Shown here piece by piece: positions 36,701-37,763 of a stretch of DNA of 37,763 bases. The notes under the pieces are model-generated. The model was not told the DNA's origin and made no database searches. It was given only the letters and a program-made list of their open reading frames with translations. The translations under genes and the position numbers were made by a program. This stretch comes from an uncultured Bacilli bacterium. GTDB taxonomy: Bacteria; Bacillota_I; Bacilli_A; RF39; UBA660. The stretch lies in the NCBI GenBank assembly GCA_904502155.1, contig CAJGDV010000002.1:1-37763 (forward strand), read 5' to 3'. How positions within the stretch are numbered: position 1 is the first letter of the stretch; each line of letters opens with the position of its first letter.

Positions 36701-37420
36701 TTTTGTTGATAGTACTTGTGAAAAATTTTCATTTCTATTAAAAATATTTCCGTTTACAATTACATTATTAATTGCTGTATTTTCAGCATTACTTACAAGT
36801 CCTGCTGTATTTATACCACCTTTTACATAAATATTATCAACATATAAATTATTAATAGCACCTTCTAAATTAGTAAATAATGCCGCATTATCTTTGTTTT
36901 TATCATTCATATAAAATCCATATATAGTATGGAAATTACCATTGAAAGTACCTTTAAAATTATCTAGTGAATCAATTATATTAATTGAACCAATTTCATT
37001 TTTAAATTCACTATCTTCATAATATTTGTTATTTTCTTCATTTACGTAATATGTTACTTTATCTAATATGTATAAAAGTCCTAATTCTTCACTATATGAA
37101 AATTTACCTTTATTTATAATAATATCAGTATTTAATGTAAAGTATTTGTCTTCATAATCTTTTGTTTCTAATTGTTTTTCAAAGAATGCTAATTCAGCAC
37201 CGTTTGAAATAACATAAGGATTTTCAAGGGAACCATTCCCTTTTCTATAACTTGTTGCAACTGTTATACCGTCCCACTCTGTTACTCCCATCAAACTTGT
37301 ACGATTATGAAGTCTAGCAAAAGTTGGAAATACTACTGTTGCTAAAACTATTAATATTGAAATTACTGATATAATTAAAATTTTATTTTTATTATTAATT
37401 TTTTTAAATCTATATCTCAT
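33785..37420 (-). CDS. Large surface protein with GLUG-motif repeats and Ig-like/beta-sandwich domains (1211 aa); candidate adhesin
   Basis: The N-terminal signal/anchor is KILIISVISILIVLATVVFPTFARLHN. GNGSLENPYVISNGAELAFF is followed by repeated GLUG-type segments (AGLVSNAENTAINNV, AGGLIAEAVGEIEINNSYNKGNI, SAGLIATIENN, YYGGLVGIINN). ISATDDLSGIDKIEYY is an Ig-like domain signature. There is no LPXTG sorting signal. Confidence 0.75.
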   Translation of the reverse strand: MRYRFKKINNKNKILIISVISILIVLATVVFPTFARLHNRTSLMGVTEWDGITVATSYRKGNGSLENPYVISNGAELAFFEKQLETKDYEDKYFTLNTDIIINKGKFSYSEELGLLYILDKVTYYVNEENNKYYEDSEFKNEIGSINIIDSLDNFKGTFNGNFHTIYGFYMNDKNKDNAALFTNLEGAINNLYVDNIYVKGGINTAGLVSNAENTAINNVIVNGNIFNRNENFSQVLSTKQEDIELIGEQSLNINLINNHSISGLIIDNQKLTGNISVTNVDDHDYILEINGITYDSDTFELELLGSNIQINVITDSETIKIDLTNLNYNIELEKATIAGIGAHLKNSTINNVANKANIYGKYNAGGLIAEAVGEIEINNSYNKGNIVAENVSAGLIATIENNNSSLNINNSYNTGDTEGTYYGGLVGIINNINSAAINDSVHAGANDYLISSVINTNVTADNTYYINGLTPINNGTYEGLIFQKSLEELSNNDYFKENLGYNEYVNKSDLANNSDNLWVYEKNELPILYFDDISNPIANIHAGIYSWNNYSNELNKKGFRNSISFSIENIDELNPYTNAYYIIESGTNINPLTKDELLNKDWILFDGVITLEEESEYIIYAKIEKESEVQYINSDLLVLDNNAPIITMEMDNNIWQEFIEEPDEFVLDRTKNLTISATDDLSGIDKIEYYISEEALTYTQIEELSELNYKEYDEPILIDDVGKVIVYAKTTDISGNISYANSSIFLLDGYIQSDIYPGTEKGSNLGNYITNKSSITIETSYNNEGKFDQTYSHNLKTNVLLPKNTKITLIDFVLNKVYTYVIPTENDEYGYDENNYATYPLVLFNEVGTINNQIKYVENSYEESGKINEEFTITFDFSNALMGENLLDVQAYLEVCNAGLNTIRPTLYDQIKPFNVIIDNNDAPLVLETDYKDNVVELNSNSQTKIGFTSKLDYLKFNENTVYNTKYELMKIGLGIKLLDSDGNIVTKDKMSNMIFVYKDKEYYPDSDNIVHINLENGISEVNDTLTIKTIESDINLKQGTYYFKIFNYIAYDGYILENINTNEIEIKAILSNNKVKYDYEFEIKMDKADQILTKNELFKIPFEIKYKGELTNPNVKLALYKKSSLNPINQDYELIDLRTFTEDELNLYINSIYNIVDTLEIYDEENKKINNYELNINTNNIETNGYKFQFQLYDDAKLISTQDKYFIVK

Positions 37421-37457
37421 ATTACACTCATCCCTTATTATTATTTATTCTACTTAA

Positions 37458-37466
37458 ATTATAACA
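37458..37466 (-). promoter_or_regulatory. Extended -10 element (TGtTATAAT) upstream of the adhesin operon
   Basis: The minus strand reads TGTTATAAT about 37 nt upstream of the ATG at 37420. Only a weak -35 box (TTCTTT) is present. Confidence 0.4.
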
Positions 37467-37492
37467 TATTAATACTAAAAAAAGAAACTTTT

Positions 37493-37763
37493 TTATTTTG
37501 TTTCTTCTTTTGATAAAATATTTGATAGTTTTGTTATAAAGTCGATGTCTTCCGCTTTTATTTCACTATCTTGTATAAGTTTTTCTCTTAATAAGAAATC
37601 AACTTTATTTAAAATACCTTCAGCATCTTTTAATGCATCATCTTCTAAATTTATATTATTTAATTTATGTTTATTTATAATAACTTTTTCTAAATCATAT
37701 TCTCTTAAGAAAGGAATATTATCTACAAGTGCTAAAGTTGGGTCAATTGCAAAATAATCAAAT
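37493..37763 (-). CDS. C-terminal 89 aa of an unidentified protein; the gene starts beyond the right edge of the window
   Basis: The frame is open from the window edge to the TAA at 37495-37493: FDYFAIDPTLALVDNIPFLREYDLEKVIINKHKLNNINLEDDALKDAEGILNKVDFLLREKLIQDSEIKAEDIDFITKLSNILSKEETK. I recognise no family. The plus-strand track ORF at 37545-37757 is its antisense shadow. Confidence 0.5.
   Translation of the reverse strand, partial: FDYFAIDPTLALVDNIPFLREYDLEKVIINKHKLNNINLEDDALKDAEGILNKVDFLLREKLIQDSEIKAEDIDFITKLSNILSKEETK

Noticed and set aside
24462-37420. Interpreting the locus as a sortase-dependent pilus or a type IV pilus / Tad system.
   Set aside because: There are no sortase genes, no LPXTG or pilin-motif proteins, no PilB/TadA-type secretion ATPase, no prepilin peptidase and no class III (G/A-F/M-T-L-x-E) signal. 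The N-terminal motifs and the accompanying S26B peptidases fit the TasA/SipW paradigm instead.
6355-37757. About 20 further short plus-strand ORFs (60-96 aa) nested inside long minus-strand genes. They lie at 6355-6549, 9611-9871, 10867-11052, 11269-11559, 14293-14505, 15683-15916, 16288-16494, 16862-17086, 19575-19832, 22217-22429, 22441-22659, 23366-23557, 25372-25596, 26890-27144, 30140-30331, 30494-30682, 30874-31056, 31402-31638, 36645-36830 and 37545-37757.
   Set aside because: All lie antisense to genes with clear homology or RBS support. All have a low-complexity F/I/L/S composition typical of random open frames in DNA that is about 75% AT, and I saw no convincing RBS for any of them. 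ORF 16288-16494 also runs across the serS promoter and the addA 3' end.

Overview
The sequence is very AT-rich (about three-quarters A+T by eye). It uses the standard genetic code: TGA acts as a stop (for example addA) and Trp is TGG. Ribosome-binding sites are of the GGAGG/GGTGA type. This fits a low-GC Bacillota (Firmicutes) chromosome. The organism is probably an anaerobic spore-former, given perR-rubrerythrin and a SpoVIF-like gene. All genes but one lie on the minus strand.

Positions 1 to about 23.7 kb are mostly housekeeping:
- the 5' part of ligA, which is missing from the ORF track because it runs off the edge
- a glycosyltransferase-kinase fusion
- perR-rbr with a consensus promoter and a perfect 7-1-7 operator
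- an esterase / HxxxDG acyltransferase / zinc-ribbon membrane-protein triad
- an acidic tandem-repeat protein, a lipoprotein and galU
- pcrA, murI, a GT2 glycosyltransferase, and serS behind a Ser T-box leader
- addA and a short addB
- small coiled-coil and sporulation genes

Positions about 23.7 to 37.4 kb form an accessory locus, which is the most interesting part. It consists of two co-directional operons plus one convergent gene. Together they encode:
- five secreted proteins that share a TasA/camelysin-style (SipW-cognate-like) N-terminal signal; one is a 1211-aa GLUG-repeat adhesin
- three SipW-type (ER/archaeal-type S26) signal-peptidase paralogues with progressively degraded catalytic boxes and progressively longer cytoplasmic tails
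- between these, a membrane-anchored McrB-like AAA+ NTPase and an McrC N-terminal-like partner with no visible nuclease domain

I could not recall this combination as a described system. I propose it as a candidate novel envelope-associated module, either for fibre assembly or signalling or for membrane-tethered defence.

Several ORF-track starts are upstream TTG/GTG or spurious ATG extensions. I re-set them using RBS and promoter evidence. I saw no rRNA, tRNA, CRISPR array or transposase.
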